This document shows positions 32,386-43,389 of a stretch of 64,000 nucleotides of DNA, one piece after another. This DNA comes from Macrostomum lignano. Its lineage: Eukaryota. The notes below the pieces were generated by a model. That model was given only the letters and a program-made list of their open reading frames with translations, had not been told where the DNA came from and searched no databases. Each line of letters starts with the position of its first letter. Position 1 is the stretch's first letter. Location of the stretch: positions 682,001 through 746,000 of the forward strand of contig NIVC01000199.1 of assembly GCA_002269645.1 (NCBI GenBank), given 5' to 3'. A program made the position numbers and the translations under genes.

Positions 32386-33497
32386 CTGAATGTAGCACAA
32401 AAATGAAACTGTTGATTTTGTGCGACTGACGTTTATTTTTGATTCAATCAATTTTCACAACCTTGCGGCGGTCTACGAGTAGTTGCGTAACTTGAGGGTT
32501 CAATTGTGAGTGAGAAGTTGTCTTGGCGTGACCCGAAGTTCTGCTGTTTTTTCGTGACAGCTAGATTGTAGATTTTAAGTAGTTCCGATCATTTAAAATG
32601 GATTTTTTCTTGTCTCGGCTTGACTTCTATGGGTTCTCAATAAGCATATAGTTGCAGTCAGCTGGTTAGAAAAGCCGCTAAGACAAATGTAGCAACAGTG
32701 AACAGTTGAAATAAGTTCCTGTCTCATCAAAAACCGAACGATATCTTAAAGACTGAATGAAACATGACCAGAACTCTTTACTTAGAGAACTTTTCTCAGA
32801 TTTATGTAGATGTACATGCATCTTTTGAGAAGTTTTCAGCATTCTTATAATACATTAACTTTATAAAACATACGCTCGTAGTACGATAGGCCTGATCTTC
32901 AGTAAATCGGCCAGATTTTAATAAGTATTACGTATTTAACTTTATTTTGGAGTATAGAAGCACATATTCAGTTGTATCATTAGAACGATAACTATTGTAG
33001 CTTGAAGCTACGTTTTTACATGTATTTCTGTGCATTACCTTGAAACGTTTCTCATACGCAATGGCAAAACATACACATGCACAAGCATGTTTTGAAGCTT
33101 TGTATGACTGTTATAAAATGGTGGACAACGCTTTTTTAAAAAAAGGACTCACTGCTCTATGCACATCATCGAATAAGACAGCGTACTGCGACACTGCTTA
33201 AAATATACTTAAATGAAGTGTGGGCAGCGAACAGAGCTAGTGATAGGGCTCTTACTAACCCCAGAGCTCTAAAAGTTTACAGCCAATGCAATTTCTAGCA
33301 AACAAATGAAAATGAAGAGGAAAACGATGCTTTAAAACAAAAGAAAAGTCATAGAAGAAACCATACGAGTTAAAGCAGCCATGTTACAACTATAATAAGT
33401 GATAGTTAGGCAAAATATGTTGGGAAAATTAATTGACTCCGTACATAATCCTTTGCACTTGTAGTAACGAAGGTTATTAGAGAATAAAATTCAGATC

Positions 33498-35174
33498 TTA
33501 GCGGTGGTTCTTCGACCAGCGTACAGGAGCATCGTCGCTTTCCTCTGACAGATCTCTCTGGTGGCTGTGGCTCTCTTTTTGTCTTCCACGTCGTGCTCTA
33601 CGAGTGGCAGCAATGCAATCAGCGCATTCAAACGTCTGTGCGTGCAACGACAAGGTCACATAGGGACATTGGAAAAGCATTTCCTGACGGCTCTGCGTTG
33701 GCTGCAGTCTGCTGCCTTCGCGGCACCAATGGCGTGGGCGAGAGGCTGCCGTCTTCCGATCTGAAATAGTCATTACCTGATGCCTCTTTTGCGACTTTTG
33801 ATATGCCGGTCTGTCTGAGTTATTCTGTAGACGATGCAGAATACTCGGTTGGACCAAACGAATCTCATCGTCTTCCTCACGGCACGTCTCATCGTTAGGC
33901 TCATCTTGATAAAATTTACCAATTTCATAGGGAATTTTGCTCCTGTCTTGCCTTTCGTATCGCCTAATTCTTTCGGGCCACCCTAAGTCACTCGATGCAT
34001 TATTTCCGGAATAAATTTTGTCCATTCGACGCTCTGGATGACGCGAGGTTTGCTCCAACTGCGGCTGTTCTTTTGCAGGAAATTCCAGAGTTCTTTTAGG
34101 TTTCTGTTTTGGTAACTCTTGTCTCTGAGGCTGATGACTTTGTGGCTGCAGGACCGCAGACTGTTGAGGCTTCTGGCCTGACTGTCGAGTATTTACTGGT
34201 TTTCGTCGATCGTCAACGTAGATTTCGTTTTGGGTGGATACATTTTGCTCGTAGTCCCAGTTGTTGAAGTCGTTCCGTCGTTCATCCCTGTTGCTACGGC
34301 GAGACTGAGACTGCCGTTGCTGCTGCTGAGACTGTGGCATATAATGCAGAGATGGTGAAAGCGGCATTGACGTCCGAGGAGACATTTCAGATTGCACTGG
34401 CAAAGTGTAGTCAGCATTGCATTTTGGCTCTTTTTGCGGTCTCTGCAGCTGACGATGCTGCTTCCGGTTTGATGTGTTCTTGTTTTGTCTAGCGATTCTA
34501 GCAAACTTTTTGGCGTAATATTTTGGATCAAAATTAGTTTGGTCATCGCTCATTTCCACTGAAGAAATATCCGACGCGGTGAGAGGAGAGAGAGCCACCT
34601 GGTAGGCAACTTTTGAGCTCGGCTGCTTTCCTCCGCTTCTTTCACATGGGTCGTCTTTTGACATTAATTGCCGCATGTGAGGGCTGCACAGCTGCATGAA
34701 GCGGCCTTTCATCGATCCTCTTTGCTGGGGCTGAGCTGGCTTGCTTTGCTTATTTTGTAACAGCAAAGAATTTGAAGGCAGTCTGCCTGTCCTGCCGCTT
34801 AGCAGGCTGCGATACTGCTCTTGGAAGAAATCTTCGGAACCGCTAGACACATTGCTGGCGTTGTCCTTGCCGATTGGACTACGCGGATTTCTGGGTCCGA
34901 TGCTGCCCAGATTTATAAGTTCACCGCTTTCTTCACTGCTAAAGTCGCGGTCTCTACTGGCGCTTCTTTCAGAATAGGACAACGCCTCCTGTATTTCGTT
35001 TAGTCTACTCGGGTTCTGATCGTAATTGTTGCTAAAAGACTGCCCTGAAAGACGCGGGCGTCGCGTCTGGCACAATCGGCTGTCCAATTGGCTGCAGCCC
35101 TGCTGGCTGCCGTTTTGGCGTCGTCTTCTTCGGCCTCCAGCGGCGCGACACGAAGGTAGCACTTTTGTTGGCAT
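33498..35174 (-). CDS. Uncharacterised intronless 558-aa Q/S/R-rich, probably disordered protein
   Basis: Long non-repetitive ATG-initiated ORF in an AT-rich background; no recognisable domain. Confidence 0.65.
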   Translation of the reverse strand: MPTKVLPSCRAAGGRRRRRQNGSQQGCSQLDSRLCQTRRPRLSGQSFSNNYDQNPSRLNEIQEALSYSERSASRDRDFSSEESGELINLGSIGPRNPRSPIGKDNASNVSSGSEDFFQEQYRSLLSGRTGRLPSNSLLLQNKQSKPAQPQQRGSMKGRFMQLCSPHMRQLMSKDDPCERSGGKQPSSKVAYQVALSPLTASDISSVEMSDDQTNFDPKYYAKKFARIARQNKNTSNRKQHRQLQRPQKEPKCNADYTLPVQSEMSPRTSMPLSPSLHYMPQSQQQQRQSQSRRSNRDERRNDFNNWDYEQNVSTQNEIYVDDRRKPVNTRQSGQKPQQSAVLQPQSHQPQRQELPKQKPKRTLEFPAKEQPQLEQTSRHPERRMDKIYSGNNASSDLGWPERIRRYERQDRSKIPYEIGKFYQDEPNDETCREEDDEIRLVQPSILHRLQNNSDRPAYQKSQKRHQVMTISDRKTAASRPRHWCREGSRLQPTQSRQEMLFQCPYVTLSLHAQTFECADCIAATRRARRGRQKESHSHQRDLSEESDDAPVRWSKNHR

Positions 35175-35797
35175 TGTTCACATTGAATTTCAAAGCTCGT
35201 GCTTAAGACGAACTCTATAGTTTACTATGAGTTCTTCATCGGTGAGGCTTTTAAATTCTTCACCATAGACTACTGATGGTTGTCTTCTAAAATCTTATTA
35301 GCATGAAAGTACGAATCGAAGGCTTCAAAAAAGGATGTCAAATTCGTCCGTAATTGGAATCGGAATATCAGAGCGGCTGTTTCGCTATCGGACTCAACCA
35401 AAGAGTATTGAGGACTCAATACTCTTTGGACTCAACTAGTGAACCGATGGGTGTCCTCGTAAAATAGGGAGTCCCTCCAAAAAGTCATGGCTTCAATTCA
35501 TTTGCTGATACCTCCGCGAAAAGGCATGATTTATGTTTTTTGCATAAAAACGATTTCATCTTGTAGTTCTTGGGTGCATTTAAATTATTTTTTTCTGAAT
35601 TGAAAACATCAAAACTATAGGGTAATTTTGGGGCTTAGTAAGAGTGCTTTATACATATTACAGAGTTGATTATAACATGGAGAATAGGTTAGTCGATTGT
35701 CGATAGTAAGCTGTGAAGGTAAATAAAATTTATTAGAGTGTTTGAACTAAAGAGCGGTAATTTAAATTTTCTGCTGGCAATACCAATCATAGTCGCT

Positions 35798-38700
35798 TTA
35801 TGTCTGCCAATCGATTTCATCAATTATTAAAGATGGAGCATGGCGAAAAACAACTATTTCAGCCGCTGTTGAGATAGTTCCTGAAATTTCGCGGAAATTT
35901 TTTAAAAGAAAGTATGTCTTTAAACGTAAGCCAATGATAAAAACGTGCCTACTCACATCCAGTCTCATTTTTATTTCCTCCTGCACGATGTTGGGAACCC
36001 AGTGACGAACTGGCTTCCGAAGTAGGCGCAACAGTAGCTCCTGAACTGGGCAATACCGGGCACTGATTGCAATTTCCTGCAGGTCTGCGCCATTGCGATC
36101 AGCAACTGCTTGAATCCACAGGTAAGCGCGCTCGTCGCTAGGGACAAACTCGAGGCGCAAACCATGCAGCAAGGCGTCAAAGTTAACAAAATAATACGTA
36201 TTCATGTTTGACAGCTGCAATGGAAAGCATTCGGAGAAAAATCTGGGCAGAAAGTCAAGCAAAGGCTGCCGGCTGAACTTGAAGCAAAACTTCCAAGCCG
36301 AATCACTGTTCGACAGGTGCTTCCGGACGAGATCTTCTGTGGCGTTATTTGCTGTCATTCTTGCGGGCCAATTGATTCCAAGGCTCACGGGATGCTGCCC
36401 GTAGTCTGTCAAAATTTTCACTGCAGCCTCTCGTTGTCCCAACTTGAGACAGTTCAGCGCTCTAAGAGTCTGCCTAGCGGAGCGGGCGCAGTCTGGCAGT
36501 CGATCAGTTAACTCAGCAACTGTCTGCTGCGAATAAGCCTCGCTTTTCGCTGCGCTCAGTAAGTACAAGCAACGCCTCACCACACCGTAGATCTCGTGGT
36601 ATTTTAGCTCTTTAGACTGGGACATCGACCCAGGAAGATGTGGCAGAATTTGAAACGGGTGAAAGTAAAACACACCGGTGTCACCCAGTGGCTTCAAACT
36701 GTTCTTGTATTCTGCTAGATATTGCGGCAGGTTCCTGATCACCGTTTGCACGGCCTCCATTACAGTCTGCAAGGCTTGAATAACATCTTGCGGACTTTGT
36801 AAACTTAATCCTTTCAAATACAAGCTAGCATCGCACAGAAAGAAATGATTCATTATTCTCCCGTTTAAATTGTTTTCCGTACAGTTTTCTTTGATACTTT
36901 CGTACAGAACTTCCAAGGAGCGCTTAATAAGGTTCGTCAGATTCTTCGGATCTTTCCAAGCTTCCACAGGGGTTTCTTCAACCAATCGAAATGTCAAGGT
37001 TTTAGCGTGATAAGACTTCAAGCCTTGAATGTTTAATTTATCTTTGTTACCAATAACCTTCTTGACGAGATACTTAAGCGAGACAAACACCTGTCCCTGC
37101 AAAGTAGTCAGACTTCTCAGCAGTCGCTTCTCCAGAAAAGTTGTGCTCACCCTGAGCTGCTGGCCAGCCATTCCGGCTGGGGCTGCGTGGACGATATGAC
37201 ATGGAGAGGAAACCAACTCGTCCTGGAGTGACTTCAGCACAGACTCGAGGATATTCGAGCGCCGCAATCGTTCCGGTAAAAAAATCGCGATTGGAGGATA
37301 GCAGCAGAGGCGACAGGCGTCAACATTGTCCACGGCGGGCTTAAGCTCAGACCCGTTGATCGGTTTGGCTGGATTCGACGCTGCGGAAAATTAAATGGCG
37401 AATTCAAATGAAAATAACTTTCGGATACATATAGAAGTTCTGAACCATCCGTCGAAATATTCATGCGCTTGTTTTACTAGTCTCGAAAAAGTTTCTGTAT
37501 TATAAAACAATTAAAAAAAGTACATCTTCGTCGTTCATCTCATGATTTACTTTTTATTTGCCTTAGTTGAACATGGAAAAAGATCGCCCACTGATAACTA
37601 ATTTTGAATGTTAGCTATCAGTGGGCGAATGTTAATTTTGGACGCTCGGAAAATGATGCTGGTCGATCGTAACTTCGAACCTCGATTTACAACATGGAGT
37701 CTTGTACCTTTGAACTGAAAGTAACTTGAACTAGAAGTTTTTTTCTGTCCCAGTTTTAATGGCAACTGTTCTTTATGAACGTTTGACTGTTAAAAACTCG
37801 TCATCTAAGTTTGTATGCGCATGCTCTTTTGTAGGTAAAGAGCATTACGTAAAAAACCAGTAAAACATAGCAATTAGCTCTACCAAGTAACCAGGGTACC
37901 CACACACTTGTGGAAATGTTTCCAAGGTTTTCTTTAGTAGGTAGGTGCTTCCATATACTTTGAAATGGCATAAAGCGAAATCGAAATTAACTCTTGCAAA
38001 TCCTGAAACGACAATATGACCATCTGCGTACTCCACTTTTTCCGACTCGGGTATTGCCGGGCAGCGACACGCACCTTTCAAGTGGTACAGTCTGCCCGGA
38101 ATCAGCTGCATCATATCGATGTCTGATTCGCTATCTGTACTGCCGTCGAGTACGGACAAATTGTTCCCCCAGCCTTCTGAGTAACTACCAACAATGTAAT
38201 ATCCATCGTACGAGTTCATATTGCGAACGATCTGCTGTAGTATGTCCGCAACAGCCGTTTGAAGTGCAACCCTGGAGTCTACAAAGCCTGACAGACAGAG
38301 GGCTGAGTGCAGTTCGGCGCTCTGCTGTGAGACGTCTTGCTCGCTGCAAAATTATTATTGTATTGAAGTTTTCTTTACGTATAATCGAAGTCCCTTTTTG
38401 ATATAGCGACTTTTGTTTAAAGATTCATCCGTGTTTTTATTTATTTGCTAATACCAGCTTCGTTGCTAATCAAACCGTACGTTAAAACCTGTTTTCCTAA
38501 TATGATAAATTAATCAGTATTTCCCCTGGTTTCGTTGTTTTCTAAATATCATTCATATTGATTCTCCGAAAATCTCTAGCTGCACACCTACTGATAATAA
38601 AAATACTACTAAATATACCGTATTACAAAGTAGACGGTCTACTTTTTCACAACTTTAATTGCGAATGACATATCTAGTTATTCTATTGCAATAGTATCTA

Positions 38701-40851
38701 TTTTTACACCCAAGCAGGTCTCCCATGCTCAATTTACTTAAACCTCAAAGCTTACAGTAGACAATTAAACTGCAGAGGTAAAAAACAAGAAAAAACAATG
38801 ACTATTATGCATGTAGAATCAACCAATTTTCTGTGTACAGACAGAGGCACTCAGAAATAAAAAATCATAGATGCTTACCCATCTGATTTTTCCACAGAAT
38901 TCATACTATCTTTAGCTTGGTCCGAAGGATCAGATTTTGACAAGATCTCTTCCACATTCACAAGCGCCTTTTTTAGCAATGCGACAACTTTATAGTGCCG
39001 GTTTTGCGAAGCAATAAAAACCGGTGTCGCTTTGTAGCTTGTCTGAATCGTTGGGTCTGCCTGTGCTTTAAGAAGCGCATCAACCACACTCTCGTGACCT
39101 TTCTGCGAGGCAATAAATAGCGGCGTTTCTCCTGTAATTAGCTGTTGATTCACGTTAGCTTGAGCTGTTAAAAGCAGTTCCACAACGTTACGATGGCCGA
39201 ATTGTGACGCGACGTAGAGCGGCGATGCGCCTGTTTCAGAGCAGGCGTCGATGTCTGCACCTGCTTTTAGTAGCAAGCGCACAATTTGGTAGTGTCCATT
39301 TTGTGATGCAATATAGGCCGGTGTCTCTCCGATTTTTGATTGAAGATTAACGTCGGCTCGAGCTTGGATAAGAGACTCGACAACTCTTAGGTGACCGTTT
39401 TGTGCAGCGATATACAACGGCGTTGCACCGGACTTTGCCTGGAGATTAACATTTGCACCGGATCTAATAAGCAGGTCTACAACAATGCAATGACCCTCTT
39501 GCGATGCCGTGTAGATGGGTGACAGCCCGCTTCTTGATTGCAAGTTGACGTCGGCTTCATCCTCGATTAGGGCTTTAACTATTTTATAATGGGCGTGTTG
39601 TGCTGCCACCAACAACGGTGTCTGACCGAGCTGGTCTTGGGCATTAACCTGAGCTGCGGCTCTAATAAGAGAGCGGACTACGCTTAGGTGTCCATTTTGC
39701 GACGCTATAAATATTGGCGTTGCGCCTGAATTTGCTGGAACGTGAATATCCGCGTTTGCTGCGATTAGAAAATCAATCACAAAGTTGAAACCTTTCTCGG
39801 CTGCGATGTATATTGCTGACGCTCCATTGTTTCTCTGCAAATTAAGATCAGCCTGCCACTCAATGAGCAGCCGAACGACCTCCGGGTGGTTTAACTGAGA
39901 AGCTATAAACAGTGGCGTTGCCCCGTGACTTTCCTGAACGTCGCAGGTGGCTTGCGCTTTTAGTAGTGTCTTCACCACTTCACCGTGGCCCATGAGAGAT
40001 GCAATAAACAGTGGTGATTCACCGGAACTTCTTCGAAGGTTTATATCAGCTTGAGCATTGATGAGCAATTTGACTGTATTAGCATGGCCCTTCTGTGAAG
40101 CGATGTAAATTGGTGTTGCACCCAAATTTTTATGCATGTTTACATCAGCTTGAGCTTTGATTAGCTCGTCTACAACTCTGATGTGGCCATTCTGAGAAGC
40201 CGTGTACAGTGGCGATGATCCAAATGAGATTTTCTTCGCGTCAACATCAGCGCGTGCCAAAATCAGACACCTGACAATATCGTGATGGCCACTTTGGGAT
40301 GCAATCCAAATTGGAGTGATGCCATTGGTAGTTGCTAAATTCACATCCGCATTGGCTTTAATCAGAGCCTGCACAATAAAACAGCGACCATGCTCTGATG
40401 CAATATAAACAGGTGTCGATCCGGAAACGGTTCGAATATTTACATCAGCTTGATAGTCGATCAGCAAATTTACAACGGCAAGGTGACCCTCCTTGGACGC
40501 TAAGTAGAGAGGAGAAATGCCAAAGCTGTTTTGCAGATTGACGCTGGCACCGAAGTCAATCAGGATTCGAGCCGCATCAGTACGTCCCTCTCGACTGGCT
40601 AAATGTAGAGGGGAGGTGCACATCCTGTCTCCAGTGGGCAGCACCAATCGGTCAATGTCGGTCCTAGATTTCAATGCCGTTTCCAAGTCGTGTAAATTTC
40701 CATGCTTGATAGTCTTCAGTAAAAATTCTTCAACAGCAGAATCTTTCCGGTCTTGTTTAGTCGAATCGCCAATAGCTTGCATCAAAGTTGATAGTGCTAG
40801 CTTTAAAAGTACACCAACAGCTAGCTTCATGATTATGTCAAAACATAGCAA
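35798..40851 (-). CDS. Ankyrin-repeat plus Mab-21/cGAS-like nucleotidyltransferase (cGLR-type) protein, 3 coding exons
   Basis: Exon 40851-38879 has 17 TPL[FY]IASQxG-type ankyrin repeats and ends GAT GG|GTAAGC. Acceptor at 38343 is in matching phase 2 and leads to GSYSEGWG...SESDIDMM. Exon 37380-35798 contains VDNVDACRLCCYP, LKYLVKK, LKSYHAKT and HFF (Mab-21 C-lobe). The donor near 37990 is unresolved. Confidence 0.85.
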
Positions 40852-41519
40852 TGATGATGAAACCAGTATAATTTGTTGGTAATTTTTTTCTGGCCTTTTT
40901 ACAAATAAGGTTTCTGTCTTGTTTTATTAAAAATTCCTGTCCTGCAATAAGAGACACTAAGGCTTCAGCAAGTGCTTTTCAGTGCCTACAGTGTACGCAA
41001 AGGCGCAAGGCTGTACAGTGGGGTAGGGAAAATAGTGCGTACAAAATGCTTCTACTATTCCTGTATGAGCGTACTATCTTTTTCAGACGTGAATCGTACA
41101 GTGCACGCGTATTAGACGTATTTTTAAATACTATTTAACAATTTTGGATGAACTTGGTCCGTTTGTACCGTGGTCATGAGGGGCTGAAAATTGTTTAATT
41201 TCGTGGCGCTGCAATGTACAGTGGACGAAAAAATGCGTTCAGAGAAGCAATCATAATCATTCAATAGATTTTCTGCACAGGCGTGCGACAATTAGACTTA
41301 ATAAAAGTGCTGCATCAGCACATTTGAAAAGACACCTTATCGTAGTTTTAAGAAAATTGAAAAGCAATATTAGAGCAATAAAAAAAGTCCTAAAGAATAG
41401 GAGTTCCACTTTTCTGGAAAGAAAAATTTACTGCGCCCTCTCGATGCCTACTCATGCCAGTAGTATCAGCATTTGATCTTTCTAAAGATTCAAGCTGCCA
41501 CCATAAAAATCTGCTTGGG

Positions 41520-41816
41520 AATAATAATAACTGCTGATTACACCTGCCCTAATGGGCAGATGTGCAACCGACAGCTCAGCCGCAGCTATTGCGCGGCGCA
41601 TCTGAAGGCTGCGTACGGCTGTTCAGTCCAAGGATTGGGGGGTCGCCACACAGCTTCAATTACCCCAGCTAATGCTGGCACCCATTTTACAGTTGGGTAA
41701 ACTGAAGCAATGCAGAGTTAAGTGTCTTGCTAAAGGACAAAAATTGTTCCGAGTGGGTCGAGAATCGAACCCCCGACCTTACAGTCGTGAGTCTATAACC
41801 ACCAGGCTAAAACCCC
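41520..41816 (-). mobile_element. tRNA-derived SINE with a CORE-like central domain, copy 1
   Basis: A box TAGCCTGGTGG, B box GGTTCGATTC, central GTCCTTTAGCAAGACACTTAACTC...CTGTAAAATGGG, (TTA)n tail. Homologous to 60077-60362. Confidence 0.85.
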
Positions 41817-43389
41817 TTTGGGAAGTAAATTTCAGAGGGACACTTAACTTGAAAAGAAGCGCTGTGCATCTCATTAGCTTGAAAGCTATCGGCATAGGCC
41901 AATTTTCGGAAACTTTCTAGTCAAAGCTGGAAATACCTGTAGAAAATAGACGATTATTTTGAAAGTTTTTAAAGTGCTAATAAATTATTGAAGTCAAGGC
42001 AGCGAAACTTGCCTCTCAAAAGTCTACACTACCTCCAAACCCAGTTGTAACAGCCATTCTTACGTCTCTAGCAGTAATAAATTCTCACTTTTTAGTAACG
42101 CGGGTTCAAATTTTGGCCACCCACCGGCAAGCGGACTAAGTTTATTGCTAGCAAGGCATGCAGTCAGCTATGAACTTTTCTTAGCGACAGTTTTATGACT
42201 GGGTGAGCAAACCCCGCTTGGGGAATTGCTTTGCTCATACTTAATGCAGGAGATAGCGAGGAGTTATTTATTGCCAGGATTTATTTCTACAGTTTCATAA
42301 AGTAAATCGTAAACAGTTCTAGGAAAATAAATCGAAATGTATACTTAGGCTGTTGTTGAATTACTTCCAATGCGTAATCTGCATAGTATGCAAAAGTGCA
42401 CGCATAGCACTCGCTATCATGCTTACATGTAGGTGTCTCGATTCCAAATAATGCAATTTTTCTCGGATCTCGGAATTGCCATTTCGACTCTGACAAAAGA
42501 TTTACGATTCGCATTCCGCATTGAAATGATTTATGGCGGTAGAGGAGTCTGCTTCTCTGTACATGGACAAGCAACCCTTCAGCTTGTGCTTTCTAGTCTT
42601 TGCAAATCTGTAGACTTATAGAAACTATACTAGACAGTTTCCAAAGATTATGAAATATCTGGAATGTCTTTGAATTATGATATCGAAACACATGTATTTG
42701 CACGGGAGCTAAGTAAAAATATATCATATAATTAGTCACGTACAGTATACTAACCCTGGAATAATAATATTTTCGGCAATAGGCATGGATAGCACACGCT
42801 GCAGTAGTGTCAGAGACAAGAGACAATACCAATAGAGAATTGTTAATAAATCCAATGAAGATTGTGACAAAATCATCCAATGGGAAGAAATGGTTACATA
42901 TATAAAAAGCAGAAGCAGTTCTTACTAAAAGAAGAAGCCGCAAAGAAAGAGCCGGTAGCTACTAGCTTTGCTACACAAGATAGAACAAGCTCGACGGAGT
43001 TGAACCGTAAGAGCCTCAATACAAAAAAACATAATTGAGTACACATCATAGTGAGGGAAATTTGATTTTGTGAAGTCAACCTTGAAAATTAAAGCTTCGT
43101 CGCGATCAATACTGGAAATTTTCTGGGCCTTATTAAGCTCTAATCTACGGTCGACTCAAGCAGAGTTTTTTCCAAACCGGCCTCAAACGAAATTTGTACA
43201 GTTTTAGAGTGTAGCGGCATTTTACTTTAGTAGTCCATGGCCCAGTATGTAATATTATTATAGAAATAAGCAGCATTCTCGAATGGCTTGCTCAGTGCGT
43301 GTTATCAATAGAATGATGATAATGATAGCTCGTACTAACTAGTAACAATGCCCATAGTGCGTCACTGCTCGATACCAAAATCGTTAAAA

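Noticed and set aside
42287-43079. Short hydrophobic or Cys-containing ORFs between the SINE and the ROCO gene
   Set aside because: They have multiple stops between frames and no recognisable family; a decayed gene cannot be excluded but is unsupported.
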